DNA of 64,000 bases from Escherichia coli (GCF_003334355.1 NZ_QOWP01000011.1); one strand, 5' to 3'; counted from the stretch's first letter, positions 35,421 to 47,383 are shown. Notes: generated by a model not told the origin, from the sequence alone. Numbers and translations: made by a program.

Positions 35421-36782
35421 TTAATATGCGCGCAGCGTCTGGAAAACCGAGGCCAAAAGACGTGCGTCTTTGATGCCCGGTTGCGACTCTACAGCAGAAT
35501 TAAAATCAAGTCCGGCGCAGCCGGTTTGTGCCGCTTCCACGCAGTTATCTGCGCCTAAGCCCCCCGCCAGCAGAACGTTGCCAAGCGATTGACCATTTAA
35601 TAGTGACCAGTCAAAACGTTGCCCGCTTCCACCCTGGCCGTTGTCTAAAACATATTTATCAACGTGCTGAAACTCGCGGGCGGGCAGGGTTTCACCGACG
35701 CTTAATGCTTTCCAGATGGCAACATGTGCTGGCAGAGCTTCACGCAGCGTATCGATATACAGCTGTTCTTCATTACCATGCAGTTGCACTGCCGCCAGCG
35801 ATAACACCTTAGCTTTGTCCACCACATCGGCAATATCGTGATTGCGGAACACGCCAACATACTGCAACGGTGCCGCAGCCATCACTTCCTGCGCCTGTTC
35901 AACGTTGACGCAACGCGGTGATGTCGCAACAAAAATCAACCCACCGTAAATCGCGCCCGCGTCATAAGCTGCTTTAGCATCTTGCCCACGCGTCAGGCCA
36001 CATACTTTATTCTCACCCAGCAACACCCGGCGCACGGCGGCGTGCAAATCGTCATGGGCCATCAACGCCGAACCAATCAGAAAACCGTTAGCGAAGTGGC
36101 TTAACTCGCGCACCTGAGCGTAAGTATTGATGCCGGATTCGCTGATTACCGTCACGTTGTGCCCCAGTTTCGGCGCAAGCTCGCGGGTACGGTTGAGATC
36201 AATCGACAAATCACGCAGATCGCGGTTGTTGATGCCAACGACCTTTGCCCCCAATGCAATGGCACGCTCCAGTTCCTCTTCATTACTGACTTCGGTCAGC
36301 ACACCCATCTCCAGACTGTGGGCGACGGCGGCAAGCTGGCGATATTGTTCGTCATCCAGTACTGAAAGCATTAATAAGCAGGCATCAGCCTGGTAATAGC
36401 GCGCCAGATAGATCTGGTAAGGATCGATAATGAAGTCTTTACATAAAATCGGCTGCGGGGCGATTTGGCTGACGATGGGGAGGAAATCAAAGCTCCCCTG
36501 AAAATATTTCTCATCAGTCAGCACCGAAATTGCCGAAGCGTAATGTTTATAAATGGCGGCAATGCGTGCTGGATCGAAATCATCACGGATCACGCCTTTT
36601 GACGGCGACGCTTTCTTGCACTCCAGAATAAACGCCGTGCGCGCACCCTGTAGCGCATCATAAAAATGTCGCGTGCTCGGCTGAACCTCATTCTGAAAAC
36701 TGGCCAGCGGTTGCTGCTGTTTGCGGGTTTCTACCCAAATCGCCTTGTCTGCGACGATTTTCGCTAAAACGGTTTGCATCAT
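35421..36782 (-). CDS. trpC: bifunctional indole-3-glycerol-phosphate synthase / phosphoribosylanthranilate isomerase
   Basis: 453 aa two-domain protein in trp operon order. Confidence 0.96.
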   Translation of the reverse strand: MMQTVLAKIVADKAIWVETRKQQQPLASFQNEVQPSTRHFYDALQGARTAFILECKKASPSKGVIRDDFDPARIAAIYKHYASAISVLTDEKYFQGSFDFLPIVSQIAPQPILCKDFIIDPYQIYLARYYQADACLLMLSVLDDEQYRQLAAVAHSLEMGVLTEVSNEEELERAIALGAKVVGINNRDLRDLSIDLNRTRELAPKLGHNVTVISESGINTYAQVRELSHFANGFLIGSALMAHDDLHAAVRRVLLGENKVCGLTRGQDAKAAYDAGAIYGGLIFVATSPRCVNVEQAQEVMAAAPLQYVGVFRNHDIADVVDKAKVLSLAAVQLHGNEEQLYIDTLREALPAHVAIWKALSVGETLPAREFQHVDKYVLDNGQGGSGQRFDWSLLNGQSLGNVLLAGGLGADNCVEAAQTGCAGLDFNSAVESQPGIKDARLLASVFQTLRAY

Positions 36783-38378
36783 TTACCCTCGTGCCGCCAG
36801 TGCGGTAACTCTGTCGTAAGCGGAACCACTGCGCAGTACCTCAAGAACGGTTTGCGCATTGGCTTGCAGATCTTCATGGCCATGCAGGCGCATTAACATG
36901 GCGACGTTCGCAGCGACGGCTGCTTCATGGGCGGCGTCGCCTTTACCTTGTAACAAGCGTGTTAAAATGTCACGGTTTTCTTCCGGTGTTCCGCCTGCCA
37001 GTTGCTCCTGGTGGTAGGGAGTCAGGCCAAAATCTTCAGCGGTCAATTGATAGCTCTTAATTTCGCCGTCATGCAGCTCGGCAACGATTGTCGGCGCGTG
37101 TAATGAAACTTCATCCATCCCGCCGCTGTGCACCACCGCCGCGCGTTGATACCCCAGCACGCGCAAGGTTTCGGCAATCGGCAGCACCAGTTCCGGACTA
37201 TAAACACCAATTAACGCCAGCGGCGGATGCGCCGGGTTAATCAATGGCCCCAGCACATTGAACAGGGTGCGGGTTTTCAGTTGCTGGCGAACCGGCATCG
37301 CGTGGCGGAATCCGGTGTGATACTTCGGCGCAAAGAGGAAACATACACCTAACTCATCCAGCGCCTGGCGCGATTTATCGGCGTTCATATCAAGATTAAT
37401 ACCGAACGCCGCCAGCAGATCGGACGAACCTGATTTACTGGAGACGCTACGGTTGCCGTGTTTCGCCACTTTCAGCCCACAGGCCGCGGCGACAAACGCA
37501 CTGGCGGTAGAAATATTGATACTGTTGCTGCCGTCACCGCCAGTACCGACGATATCAGCAAACAGATAATCCGGGCGCGGGAACGGCGCGGCGTTTTCCA
37601 GTAGCGCGGTTGCTGCTCCGGCGATCTCGTTCGGGTGCTCACCGCGAATTTTCATGCTCACCAGCGCCGCCGCCAGTTGTTCCGGCTTCAGCTCGCCACG
37701 CACCACCGCTGAAAACAGCTGGTGGCTTTCTTGTTGGCTAAGCGTCTGCGCCTGATACAGTTTTTCCAGAATCGGTTGCAGCGTGTTGGCTGGCTCTAGT
37801 TTCTGCTGCGCCCAGGCCAGCGTTTGTTCCAGCAGGCGAGCGCCCTGGGTGGTGAGAATGGATTCCGGATGGAACTGGAATCCACAAACGCGATCCGCAT
37901 CGTGACGTACTGCCATCACCATGCCATTAAAATGGGCGTTGATGGTTAAACCGGCCGGAATGTTACTGCCAACCAGCGAGTGATAACGCGCCACCGGCAG
38001 CGGGTTTGTTAATCCGGCAAACATCGCCTGACCGTCATGTTCAATGCTCGACGCTTTACCGTGAAGAATTTCGCCCGCCTGACCGACATAGCCCCCGTAA
38101 GCTTCGACAATTGCCTGATGTCCGAGGCAAATGCCAATAATGGGCAGCTTGCCACGCAAGCGGGTGAGGAGTTCCGGCATACAACCGGCTTCGCTCGGCA
38201 CACCGGGGCCAGGAGAAAGCATCAGTACCGGATTGCTCATCGTCGCCAGGCGTTCAATTAAGGTCTGCGCCGGAATATGGTTGCGGTAAATCACCACGTT
38301 ATGACCATTGCTGCGCAACTGATCTGCCAGGTTGTACGTAAAAGAGTCGATATTATCGAGCAGCAGAATGTCAGCCAT
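36783..38378 (-). CDS. trpD: anthranilate synthase component II (glutamine amidotransferase) / anthranilate phosphoribosyltransferase
   Basis: 531 aa fused GATase-PRT protein. Confidence 0.96.
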   Translation of the reverse strand: MADILLLDNIDSFTYNLADQLRSNGHNVVIYRNHIPAQTLIERLATMSNPVLMLSPGPGVPSEAGCMPELLTRLRGKLPIIGICLGHQAIVEAYGGYVGQAGEILHGKASSIEHDGQAMFAGLTNPLPVARYHSLVGSNIPAGLTINAHFNGMVMAVRHDADRVCGFQFHPESILTTQGARLLEQTLAWAQQKLEPANTLQPILEKLYQAQTLSQQESHQLFSAVVRGELKPEQLAAALVSMKIRGEHPNEIAGAATALLENAAPFPRPDYLFADIVGTGGDGSNSINISTASAFVAAACGLKVAKHGNRSVSSKSGSSDLLAAFGINLDMNADKSRQALDELGVCFLFAPKYHTGFRHAMPVRQQLKTRTLFNVLGPLINPAHPPLALIGVYSPELVLPIAETLRVLGYQRAAVVHSGGMDEVSLHAPTIVAELHDGEIKSYQLTAEDFGLTPYHQEQLAGGTPEENRDILTRLLQGKGDAAHEAAVAANVAMLMRLHGHEDLQANAQTVLEVLRSGSAYDRVTALAARG

Positions 38379-39940
38379 CAGAAAGTCTCCTGTGCATGAT
38401 GCGCGGTGGCAATAGCGCGCAGTACAGCGCGGGCTTTGTTACGGGTTTCGTCGGCTTCCGACTGCGGAACAGAATCAAGGACTACACCAGCACCCGCTTG
38501 CACGGTGGCGATACCGTTTTCCACCAGCGCCGAGCGGATCACAATGCAGGTGTCGAGATCGCCATGCGCGGTGAAATAACCTACCGCGCCGCCGTAGCTG
38601 CCGCGGCGACGACCTTCCGCCTCGGCAATTAACTGCATAGCGCGTACTTTCGGCGCACCGCTTAACGTCCCCATATTCATACAGGCGCGATAAGCGTGCA
38701 GGGCGTCAAGATCGTGACGCAGTTCGCCGACTACGCGAGAGACGAGGTGCATCACATAGGAATAACGGTCAACTTTGGTGAGATCGGCGACGTAGCGGCT
38801 GCCGGGGGTGCAAATGCGTGCCAGATCATTACGGGCGAGATCAACCAGCATCAGATGTTCAGACAGCTCTTTATGATCGGTACGCATTTCCAGTTCAATA
38901 CGGCTGTCGAGATCTCTGTCCAGTGAACCATCGGCGCGACGACCGCGTGGGCGTGTTCCGGCAATCGGGTAGATCTCAATCTGGCGGCTGGTGGCATCAT
39001 ACTTGAGCGAGCTTTCCGGCGACGCGCCAAATAGGGTGAAATCATTATCCTGCATAAAAAACATGTACGGGCTGGGATTACTCTTTTTCAGCACGTAATA
39101 GGCCGCCAGCGGTGACGGGCAGGGCAGAGAGAAACGGCGAGATGGCACCACCTGGAAAATTTCTCCAGCGCGAATCGCTTTTTGCAACAAACGCACTACG
39201 CCACCGAACTCTTCATCGCTCTGATTACATTCACAACGCATATGCGGCACGGAAACCACTGGCAGCGGCGGCGCGGCTTCGGTCAGTTGCTGACGTAGTT
39301 CGTTCAGGCGAGCAGTGAGACGTTGTTTTTCTTCTTCATTCGGAGCAAACAGGCTGGCCTGAATACGGGTGCTTTTTTTCTGATGGTCAATCACCATCAG
39401 CGTTTCAGCGAGATAAAAACAGAAATCAGGGCAGTTATTTTCCGCTGACAGTTGCGGTAAATCTTCAAATCCCGCCACAAGGTCATAAGAGAACAGGCCG
39501 CCGAAGAACATGGCTTCTCGTTCTTCCTTCGGTACATTCAACAGATTCTGCAATAAACGGAAAGCGTCAAAAACCGAAAGGGAGCATAAGCGGGCGTCTT
39601 CATCCAGCAGTGGACTGACAGGGGGGAAGCGCAGCACACGGCAGTTTGGTGATTGTTCACTTTCTACACCCGCAGGCAGGGCGTTATCCAGTAGTGCCAG
39701 CAGGGCTTCGCCGTTGCCGGAAAGTGCCTGGATTGTGACAGTGTCACCTAAAGCTGTAATGCGCAGCGCACTGTCTACCAGCAGCAGGCTTTTTAAATCA
39801 TCTTTGCTGTCGATATCTGCGGATTCCAGCAGCAGCGTTGCCGGACGATCCCCACACAACTGGTGAAAAAGCGCGGTGGGATTGTCGCGATAAGCGCCTT
39901 CGCAGGTTAGCAGTTCGAGAGTCGGTTTTTGTGTTTGCAT
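38378..39940 (-). CDS. trpE: anthranilate synthase component I
   Basis: 520 aa; stop overlaps trpD start. Confidence 0.97.
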   Translation of the reverse strand: MQTQKPTLELLTCEGAYRDNPTALFHQLCGDRPATLLLESADIDSKDDLKSLLLVDSALRITALGDTVTIQALSGNGEALLALLDNALPAGVESEQSPNCRVLRFPPVSPLLDEDARLCSLSVFDAFRLLQNLLNVPKEEREAMFFGGLFSYDLVAGFEDLPQLSAENNCPDFCFYLAETLMVIDHQKKSTRIQASLFAPNEEEKQRLTARLNELRQQLTEAAPPLPVVSVPHMRCECNQSDEEFGGVVRLLQKAIRAGEIFQVVPSRRFSLPCPSPLAAYYVLKKSNPSPYMFFMQDNDFTLFGASPESSLKYDATSRQIEIYPIAGTRPRGRRADGSLDRDLDSRIELEMRTDHKELSEHLMLVDLARNDLARICTPGSRYVADLTKVDRYSYVMHLVSRVVGELRHDLDALHAYRACMNMGTLSGAPKVRAMQLIAEAEGRRRGSYGGAVGYFTAHGDLDTCIVIRSALVENGIATVQAGAGVVLDSVPQSEADETRNKARAVLRAIATAHHAQETF

Positions 39941-39961
39941 TGTTATTCTCTAATTTTGTTC

Positions 39962-39990
39962 AAAAAAAAGCCCGCTCATTAGGCGGGCTG
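39962..39990 (-). promoter_or_regulatory. trp attenuator (3:4 terminator hairpin plus U8 tract)
   Basis: Minus-strand AGCCCGCCTAATGAGCGGGCTTTTTTTT between trpL and trpE. Confidence 0.92.
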
Positions 39991-40031
39991 GGTATCTGAT
40001 TGCTTTACGCATGGTGAATACACTGCCCGTT

Positions 40032-40076
40032 TCAGGAAGTGCGCCACCAACCTTTCAGTACGAAAATTGCTTTCAT
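40032..40076 (-). CDS. trpL: trp operon leader peptide (14 aa, [14 protein letters not shown]) with tandem Trp codons
   Basis: Minus strand ATGAAAGCAATTTTCGTACTGAAAGGTTGGTGGCGCACTTCCTGA; below ORF-track size cutoff, found by direct reading. Confidence 0.93.
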
Positions 40077-40101
40077 TGTCGATACCCTTTTTACGTGAAC
40101 T

Positions 40102-40138
40102 TTCGTACTAGTTAACTAGTTCGATGATTAATTGTCAA
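40102..40138 (-). promoter_or_regulatory. trp promoter (-35 TTGACA, -10 TTAACT) with overlapping TrpR operator palindrome (40104..40123)
   Basis: Minus strand TGTTGACAATTAATCATCGAACTAGTTAACTAGTACGCAAG; operator dyad CGAACTAGTTAACTAGTACG. Confidence 0.92.
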
Positions 40139-40213
40139 CAGCTCATTTCAGAATATTTGCCAGAACCGTTATGATGTCGGCGCAAAAAACATTATCCAGA
40201 ACGGGAGTGCGCC

Positions 40214-41095
40214 TTGAGCGACACGAATTACGCAGTGATTTACGACCTGCACAGCCATACCACAGCTTCCGATGGCTGCCTGACGCCAGAAGCATTGGTG
40301 CACCGTGCAGTCGAGATGCGCGTCGGCACCCTGGCGATCACCGACCATGACACCACAGCTGCAATCGCACCAGCAAGAGAGGAAATTTCACGTTCGGGAC
40401 TGGCGCTGAATCTTATTCCCGGCGTGGAAATTTCCACGGTCTGGGAAAATCATGAAATTCATATTGTCGGGCTGAATATTGATATTACTCATCCGCTAAT
40501 GTGTGAGTTCCTCGCGCAGCAGACAGAACGGCGCAATCAGCGGGCGCAGCTCATTGCCGAAAGACTTGAAAAAACGCAAATACCTGGGGCGCTGGAAGGC
40601 GCGCAACGACTGGCTCAGGGCGGCGCAGTGACGCGCGGTCATTTTGCGCGTTTCCTTGTGGAGTGCGGCAAAGCCAGTTCAATGGCGGATGTCTTTAAAA
40701 AGTATCTGGCGCGCGGGAAAACCGGATACGTTCCGCCACAGTGGTGTACAATAGAACAAGCTATTGATGTCATTCATCATTCTGGCGGTAAGGCGGTGCT
40801 AGCTCATCCTGGGCGGTACAATCTTAGTGCTAAATGGCTGAAAAGATTGGTTGCGCATTTTGCCGAACACCACGGCGACGCGATGGAAGTCGCGCAGTGC
40901 CAGCAATCGCCCAATGAACGCACCCAGTTGGCGACCCTTGCGCGTCAGCATCATTTATGGGCATCACAAGGATCTGATTTTCATCAGCCATGCCCGTGGA
41001 TCGAACTGGGTCGTAAACTCTGGCTGCCCGCAGGCGTTGAAGGCGTCTGGCAGCTATGGGAACAGCCGCAGAACACCACAGAGAGGGAATTATGA
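40214..41095 (+). CDS. yciV: PHP-domain phosphoesterase / 5'-3' exoribonuclease (TrpH/YciV family)
   Basis: 293 aa; N-terminal HxH...D PHP metal motif (YDLHSHTTASDG); TTG start as in ORF track. Confidence 0.88.
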   Translation: MSDTNYAVIYDLHSHTTASDGCLTPEALVHRAVEMRVGTLAITDHDTTAAIAPAREEISRSGLALNLIPGVEISTVWENHEIHIVGLNIDITHPLMCEFLAQQTERRNQRAQLIAERLEKTQIPGALEGAQRLAQGGAVTRGHFARFLVECGKASSMADVFKKYLARGKTGYVPPQWCTIEQAIDVIHHSGGKAVLAHPGRYNLSAKWLKRLVAHFAEHHGDAMEVAQCQQSPNERTQLATLARQHHLWASQGSDFHQPCPWIELGRKLWLPAGVEGVWQLWEQPQNTTEREL

Positions 41096-41712
41096 GCCAG
41101 TTTTTTTATATTCATCCTGATAACCCACAGCAACGTCTGATCAACCAGGCGGTGGAGATCGTGCGTAAAGGCGGGGTGATTGTTTATCCAACTGATTCCG
41201 GCTATGCGCTCGGCTGTAAAATTGAAGATAAAAACGCCATGGAGCGTATTTGTCGTATTCGCCAGCTGCCGGACGGTCACAACTTTACCCTGATGTGTCG
41301 CGATCTTTCTGAACTCTCGACCTATTCATTTGTCGATAACGTTGCGTTTCGTTTAATGAAAAACAACACGCCGGGCAACTATACCTTCATCCTGAAGGGG
41401 ACGAAGGAGGTGCCACGCCGTCTGTTGCAGGAAAAACGCAAAACCATCGGTATGCGTGTGCCTTCTAACCCGATTGCGCAAGCGTTGCTTGAAGCATTGG
41501 GCGAACCGATGCTTTCCACTTCGCTAATGCTGCCAGGCAGCGAATTTACCGAATCCGATCCGGAAGAAATTAAAGACCGTCTGGAAAAACAGGTAGATTT
41601 GATTATTCACGGCGGTTATCTCGGGCAGAAACCAACAACGGTTATTGATCTTACCGATGATACGCCGGTCGTGGTGCGTGAAGGCGTAGGTGATGTGAAG
41701 CCTTTCTTATAA
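41092..41712 (+). CDS. yciO: YrdC/Sua5-family threonylcarbamoyl-AMP synthase-like protein
   Basis: ORF track 41056..41712 trimmed to the ATG at 41092 (206 aa), overlapping the yciV stop (ATGA). Confidence 0.88.
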   Translation: MSQFFYIHPDNPQQRLINQAVEIVRKGGVIVYPTDSGYALGCKIEDKNAMERICRIRQLPDGHNFTLMCRDLSELSTYSFVDNVAFRLMKNNTPGNYTFILKGTKEVPRRLLQEKRKTIGMRVPSNPIAQALLEALGEPMLSTSLMLPGSEFTESDPEEIKDRLEKQVDLIIHGGYLGQKPTTVIDLTDDTPVVVREGVGDVKPFL

Positions 41713-41739
41713 CAAATTGCGTTCCATGGATGGAAGACT

Positions 41740-43635
41740 ATGGCAGGGAAGTTTCGCTGCATTTTGCTGTTGATAGCAGGGCTGTTTGTATCATCTCTAA
41801 GTTATGCAGAAAACACGGAGATCCCTTCTTATGAAGAAGGGATCTCGCTCTTTGATGTTGAAGCCACTCTGCAACCAGATGGGGTGCTCGACATCAAAGA
41901 AAATATTCATTTTCAGGCGCGAAATCAGCAGATTAAGCACGGCTTTTATCGTGATTTACCACGACTCTGGATGCAGCCTGATGGGGACGCTGCACTGCTG
42001 AACTATCATATTGTTGGCGTCACCCGTGATGGTATTCCTGAACCCTGGCATCTTGACTGGCATATCGGGTTAATGAGTATTGTCGTGGGCGATAAACAAC
42101 GTTTCTTGCCTCAAGGCGACTATCATTATCAAATTCATTATCAGGTTAAAAATGCTTTCCTGCGTGAGGGGGATTCTGATCTGCTAATCTGGAACGTGAC
42201 CGGTAACCACTGGCCGTTTGAAATTTATAAGACCCGTTTTTCTCTCCAGTTCTCTAATATTGCGGGTAATCCATTTAGCGAAATCGATCTCTTTACCGGA
42301 GAAGAGGGCGACACATATCGTAATGGCCGCATCCTTGAGGACGGAAGAATTGAATCCCGCGATCCGTTTTATCGTGAAGATTTCACGGTCCTCTACCGCT
42401 GGCCTCACGCTTTACTTAGCAATGCCTCGGCTCCGCAAACGACGAATATTTTCAGCCATCTTCTTTTACCCTCCACGTCATCGTTGTTAATTTGGTTTCC
42501 GTGTCTGTTCCTGGTTTGTGGATGGTTATATCTCTGGAAGCGCAGGCCGCAATTTACGCCGGTAGATGTGATTGAAACCGATGTCATTCCGCCAGATTAC
42601 ACGCCCGGCATGTTACGTCTCGATGCGAAGCTAGTTTACGACGATAAAGGTTTTTGTGCCGATATCGTAAATCTGATTGTGAAAGGAAAAATTCATCTGG
42701 AAGATCAGTCTGACAAGAACCAGCAAATCCTGATTCGTGTTAATGAAGGCGCGACCAGAAATAATGCGGTATTACTGCCCGCAGAGCAGTTATTACTGGA
42801 AGCGTTATTTCGTAAAGGCGATAAGGTCGTTCTTACGGGGAGACGCAACAGAGTCTTACGCAGGGCATTTTTACGGATGCAGAAATTTTATCTGCCGCGT
42901 AAAAAGTCTTCGTTTTACCGGTCTGATACTTTTTTGCAATGGGGTGGACTGGCAATATTGGCGGTCATTCTTTACGGTAACTTGAGTCCTGTAGGCTGGG
43001 CAGGAATGAGTCTGGTGGGCGATATGTTTATTATGATCTGCTGGATTATTCCTTTTTTATTTTGTTCCCTTGAGCTTTTGTTTGCCCGCGATGATGACAA
43101 GCCTTGCGTTAATCGTGTAATCATCACTTTGTTTTTACCACTGATTTGTTCAGGCGTGGCCTTCTATTCTCTCTACATCAATGTCGGAGATGTATTCTTT
43201 TACTGGTATATGCCAGCGGGTTATTTTACCGCTGTTTTCCTGACCGGTTATCTCACTGGCATGGGGTATATTTTTCTGCCAAAGTTTACCCAAACTGGAC
43301 AGCAACGTTATGCCCACGGTGAAGCTATCGTTAACTATCTTGCGCGTAAAGAGGCGGCAACACACAGTGGGCGGCGTCGGAAAGGGGAAACACGGAAACT
43401 GGATTATGCGTTGCTAGGTTGGGCGGTCTCGGCAAACCTTGGCAGAGAATGGGCAGCACGTATCACCCCATCACTCACAGCGGCTGTTCGCGCCCCGGAA
43501 ATTGCCCGTAGCGGCGTTTTATTCTCATTACAGACGCACCTAAGTTGCGGGGCCTATACCAGTTTGTTGGGGCGAAGTTATTCCGGTGGTGGTGCTGGCG
43601 GCGGCGCGGGTGGCGGAGGCGGTGGTGGCTGGTAA
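41740..43635 (+). CDS. yciQ: DUF2207-family membrane protein with Gly-rich C-terminal tail
   Basis: 631 aa; signal/anchor at N-terminus, several TM segments, C-terminus ...SYSGGGAGGGAGGGGGGGW encoded by a (GGN)n run. Confidence 0.88.
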   Translation: MAGKFRCILLLIAGLFVSSLSYAENTEIPSYEEGISLFDVEATLQPDGVLDIKENIHFQARNQQIKHGFYRDLPRLWMQPDGDAALLNYHIVGVTRDGIPEPWHLDWHIGLMSIVVGDKQRFLPQGDYHYQIHYQVKNAFLREGDSDLLIWNVTGNHWPFEIYKTRFSLQFSNIAGNPFSEIDLFTGEEGDTYRNGRILEDGRIESRDPFYREDFTVLYRWPHALLSNASAPQTTNIFSHLLLPSTSSLLIWFPCLFLVCGWLYLWKRRPQFTPVDVIETDVIPPDYTPGMLRLDAKLVYDDKGFCADIVNLIVKGKIHLEDQSDKNQQILIRVNEGATRNNAVLLPAEQLLLEALFRKGDKVVLTGRRNRVLRRAFLRMQKFYLPRKKSSFYRSDTFLQWGGLAILAVILYGNLSPVGWAGMSLVGDMFIMICWIIPFLFCSLELLFARDDDKPCVNRVIITLFLPLICSGVAFYSLYINVGDVFFYWYMPAGYFTAVFLTGYLTGMGYIFLPKFTQTGQQRYAHGEAIVNYLARKEAATHSGRRRKGETRKLDYALLGWAVSANLGREWAARITPSLTAAVRAPEIARSGVLFSLQTHLSCGAYTSLLGRSYSGGGAGGGAGGGGGGGW

Positions 43636-43847
43636 TTAAGCTGATGTTAATCGAAACAAGCTTTAACCATAAAGATAGTGTAGTATGTTGCGCCTCAAAG
43701 CCAGGCCAGTTAAAACGTCGAGTCGTTTACTTAAGGCCTGAGGAGTTCAAACAGACTTTACTATCAGTGAGTCAGATGTAAGTTCTGACTCACTGTTGCA
43801 CAAAAGCATATCAGACGCCTGGGAAGGCGACACCAAAAGGAAGCTCT

Positions 43848-44723
43848 ATGAGCGAAAAGCTACAGAAAGTGCTGGCGCGTGCCGGCCACGGTTCTCGCCG
43901 TGAAATCGAATCTATTATTGAAGCCGGTCGTGTGAGTGTTGATGGCAAAATTGCTAAACTCGGCGATCGCGTTGAAGTTACCCCTGGATTGAAAATCCGT
44001 ATCGATGGTCACCTTATTTCGGTACGTGAGTCCGCTGAACAAATTTGTCGCGTTCTGGCTTATTACAAACCGGAAGGTGAGTTGTGTACCCGTAACGATC
44101 CGGAAGGGCGTCCGACGGTGTTTGACCGTCTGCCAAAGCTGCGTGGCGCACGCTGGATTGCCGTAGGTCGTCTGGACGTTAACACCTGTGGTCTGCTGCT
44201 GTTCACCACTGACGGTGAACTGGCAAACCGTTTAATGCATCCAAGCCGTGAAGTTGAACGTGAATACGCCGTGCGTGTATTTGGTCAGGTTGACGACGCG
44301 AAACTGCGTGATTTGAGTCGTGGCGTGCAACTGGAAGATGGTCCGGCAGCTTTTAAAACCATCAAGTTCAGCGGCGGCGAAGGGATCAACCAGTGGTACA
44401 ACGTTACTCTGACCGAAGGCCGTAACCGTGAAGTTCGTCGTCTGTGGGAAGCGGTTGGTGTGCAGGTCAGCCGCCTGATCCGTGTTCGTTACGGTGATAT
44501 CCCACTGCCGAAAGGTCTGCCACGCGGTGGCTGGACGGAGCTGGACCTCGCCCAGACTAACTATCTGCGCGAACTGGTGGAGCTACCGCCAGAAACCAGC
44601 TCTAAAGTCGCTGTAGAAAAAGACCGTCGTCGCATGAAGGCGAATCAGATTCGTCGTGCGGTGAAACGTCACAGTCAGGTGAGCGGCGGTCGTCGTTCTG
44701 GCGGACGTAATAATAACGGTTAA
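43848..44723 (+). CDS. rluB: 23S rRNA pseudouridine synthase (RsuA/RluB family)
   Basis: 291 aa; S4 domain at N-terminus, basic C-terminal tail. Confidence 0.93.
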
Positions 44724-44730
44724 TCAAAGT

Positions 44731-44757
44731 ATGCCGGACGTCATATCCGGCATTTTT
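44731..44757 (+). terminator. rho-independent terminator after rluB
   Basis: 8-bp stem atgccgga/tccggcat, 7-nt loop, 5-T run. Confidence 0.8.
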
Positions 44758-44762
44758 ACAGA

Positions 44763-45353
44763 TTAATAATCGATCCCTATCTGCGCTTTTACACCGGCAT
44801 CAAACGCATGTTTGATGGGGCGCAACTCACTCACCGTATCCGCCAGTTCAAGAATATCCCGATGACAGCCTCGACCCGTAATAATGACGGTTTGCTGATG
44901 TGGACGTTCATTTAACGCCTGCACCACTTCTTCCAGTGGCAAATAGTCATACGCCACCATATAAGTCAGCTCATCAAGCAAGACCATATCCAGTGAGGAA
45001 TCAGCAAGCATCCGCTTTGCATGTTGCCAGACTTCGCGGCAGGCGGTGGTATCAGACTCGCGGTTTTGTGTATCCCAGGTAAAGCCCGTTGCCATCACCT
45101 GAAACTCAACGCCATGTGGCTCCAGCAGATTGCGTTCGCCATTAGGCCAGGTGCCTTTAATAAACTGCACGACGCCCACTTTTTTTCCGTGACCAACTGC
45201 GCGTGTTGCCGTACCAAATGCCGCGGTGGTTTTGCCTTTTCCATTGCCGGTAAAGACGATGATAATACCGCGTTCATCCTGGGCCTGGGCCACACGAGCA
45301 TCTACTTTTTCTTTCACTCGCTGCTGACGCTGTTGGTAGCGTTCATCACTCAT
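44763..45353 (-). CDS. btuR: cob(I)alamin / corrinoid adenosyltransferase
   Basis: 196 aa; P-loop-like GNGKGKTT. Confidence 0.93.
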   Translation of the reverse strand: MSDERYQQRQQRVKEKVDARVAQAQDERGIIIVFTGNGKGKTTAAFGTATRAVGHGKKVGVVQFIKGTWPNGERNLLEPHGVEFQVMATGFTWDTQNRESDTTACREVWQHAKRMLADSSLDMVLLDELTYMVAYDYLPLEEVVQALNERPHQQTVIITGRGCHRDILELADTVSELRPIKHAFDAGVKAQIGIDY

Positions 45354-46108
45354 TGGGAAATTCCTGGTTTACGGCCCGGTTGGGCGTCAAAGGTCATGCC
45401 GGTTTTACGGCGGCTGTCATCGCCCATCAGCCAGAGGTAGAGCGGCATGATATCAGCGGGTGTTTTAAGTTTCTGTGGATCTTCGGTCGGGAAGGCGCTG
45501 GCACGCATTGCGGTGCGCGTACCGCCTGGGTTAATGCAGTTGACGCGCAGGCGCTGCTGATATTCATCGGCCAGTACCTGCATCATCCCTTCGGTGGCAA
45601 ATTTCGACGCTGCATATGCGCCCCAGTTGGCTCGTCCCTGACGTCCAACGCTTGATGAAGTAAAGACCAGTGAACCGGCGTCCGATTTGAGTAATAAAGG
45701 AAGCAGTGCCTGGGTGAGCATAAAGGTGGCATTAACGTTGACCTGTATGACGTCCTGCCAGACCTGTGGATTTTGTTCGCTCATTGGGCAAACATCGCCG
45801 AGCAATCCGGCATTATGCAAAACACCATCCAGACGCGGATAATTAACGGTAATGCGCTGTGCCAGTTGTTGGCAATCTTCGGACGTGCAGGTCAGCAAAT
45901 CGAGAATAAACCACTGTGGCTGACGTCCAGTTTCTTCGTTTATGTGGCTGGCTACCTGACGTAATTTTTCTTCATTACGGCCCAACAGAATCACTGTCGC
46001 ACCATAGCGTGCATACGTCATCGCGGCTTCACGGCCAATCCCATCGCTGGCTCCCGTCACCAGGATAATGCGATCATTGAGTAAATCTTGTTTTGGCTGG
46101 TAATGCAT
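45350..46108 (-). CDS. yciK: SDR-family oxidoreductase
   Basis: 252 aa; TGASDGIG Rossmann motif; stop overlaps btuR start. Confidence 0.92.
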   Translation of the reverse strand: MHYQPKQDLLNDRIILVTGASDGIGREAAMTYARYGATVILLGRNEEKLRQVASHINEETGRQPQWFILDLLTCTSEDCQQLAQRITVNYPRLDGVLHNAGLLGDVCPMSEQNPQVWQDVIQVNVNATFMLTQALLPLLLKSDAGSLVFTSSSVGRQGRANWGAYAASKFATEGMMQVLADEYQQRLRVNCINPGGTRTAMRASAFPTEDPQKLKTPADIMPLYLWLMGDDSRRKTGMTFDAQPGRKPGISQ

Positions 46109-46327
46109 GGCTACTCCTCAACGACGTTGTCTGTCGCGCTGCCAGTGTACTTTATGACTTTGGGGCTTTATGCCTGAAACAGAAGGGCATTTCAATCAGC
46201 CTGGGGCGATAACACCGCAAAATGGATACTTTGTCATACTTTCGCTGCAATAACATCTCTGCGAGACGGCTTAACATGCCTGTTGTAAACTGTGAGCCAA
46301 AGCGTTGTTTAACCAAGGTGGGGACTC

Positions 46328-47377
46328 GTGGAATTGTTGTCTGAATATGGTTTGTTTTTGGCGAAAATCGTTACCGTTGTGCTAGCGATTGCGGCGATTG
46401 CCGCCATTATTGTCAATGTTGCTCAACGTAATAAACGCCAGCGTGGCGAGTTACGGGTCAACAATCTCAGCGAACAGTATAAGGAGATGAAAGAAGAACT
46501 GGCCGCGGCGCTGATGGACTCACATCAGCAAAAACAGTGGCACAAAGCGCAGAAGAAAAAGCATAAGCAAGAAGCGAAAGCAGCAAAAGCGAAAGCCAAA
46601 CTGGGAGAGGTGGCAACTGACAGTAAACCCCGCGTCTGGGTGCTGGATTTTAAAGGCAGCATGGACGCCCATGAAGTGAACTCGCTACGTGAAGAGATAA
46701 CGGCTGTACTCGCAGCATTCAAACCGCAGGATCAGGTTGTACTACGTCTGGAAAGCCCTGGTGGCATGGTGCATGGTTACGGGTTGGCGGCTTCGCAGCT
46801 GCAGCGTCTGCGTGATAAAAACATTCCTTTAACTGTTACGGTAGACAAAGTCGCTGCCAGCGGCGGTTACATGATGGCCTGTGTGGCGGACAAAATTGTT
46901 TCCGCACCGTTTGCTATTGTGGGTTCCATTGGGGTGGTGGCGCAAATGCCCAACTTTAACCGCTTCCTGAAAAGCAAAGATATTGATATCGAACTTCACA
47001 CCGCCGGGCAGTATAAGCGTACGCTGACCTTGCTGGGTGAAAATACCGAAGAAGGGCGGGAGAAATTCCGCGAAGAGCTGAACGAAACGCATCAGTTATT
47101 TAAAGATTTTGTGAAGCGTATGCGTCCGTCTCTGGATATTGAACAGGTGGCAACGGGTGAACACTGGTACGGACAACAGGCGGTAGAGAAAGGCCTGGTT
47201 GATGAAATCAACACCAGTGATGAAGTTATTCTTAGCCTGATGGAAGGCCGAGAAGTGGTCAATGTACGCTATATGCAGCGTAAACGACTCATTGACCGAT
47301 TCACCGGCAGCGCGGCAGAGAGCGCCGATCGATTGTTGTTACGCTGGTGGCAGCGGGGGCAAAAGCCATTGATGTAA
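46328..47377 (+). CDS. sohB: S49-family peptidase (periplasmic protease homologue)
   Basis: 349 aa; GTG start, N-terminal TM segment. Confidence 0.92.
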   Translation: MELLSEYGLFLAKIVTVVLAIAAIAAIIVNVAQRNKRQRGELRVNNLSEQYKEMKEELAAALMDSHQQKQWHKAQKKKHKQEAKAAKAKAKLGEVATDSKPRVWVLDFKGSMDAHEVNSLREEITAVLAAFKPQDQVVLRLESPGGMVHGYGLAASQLQRLRDKNIPLTVTVDKVAASGGYMMACVADKIVSAPFAIVGSIGVVAQMPNFNRFLKSKDIDIELHTAGQYKRTLTLLGENTEEGREKFREELNETHQLFKDFVKRMRPSLDIEQVATGEHWYGQQAVEKGLVDEINTSDEVILSLMEGREVVNVRYMQRKRLIDRFTGSAAESADRLLLRWWQRGQKPLM

Positions 47378-47383
47378 AAGACA

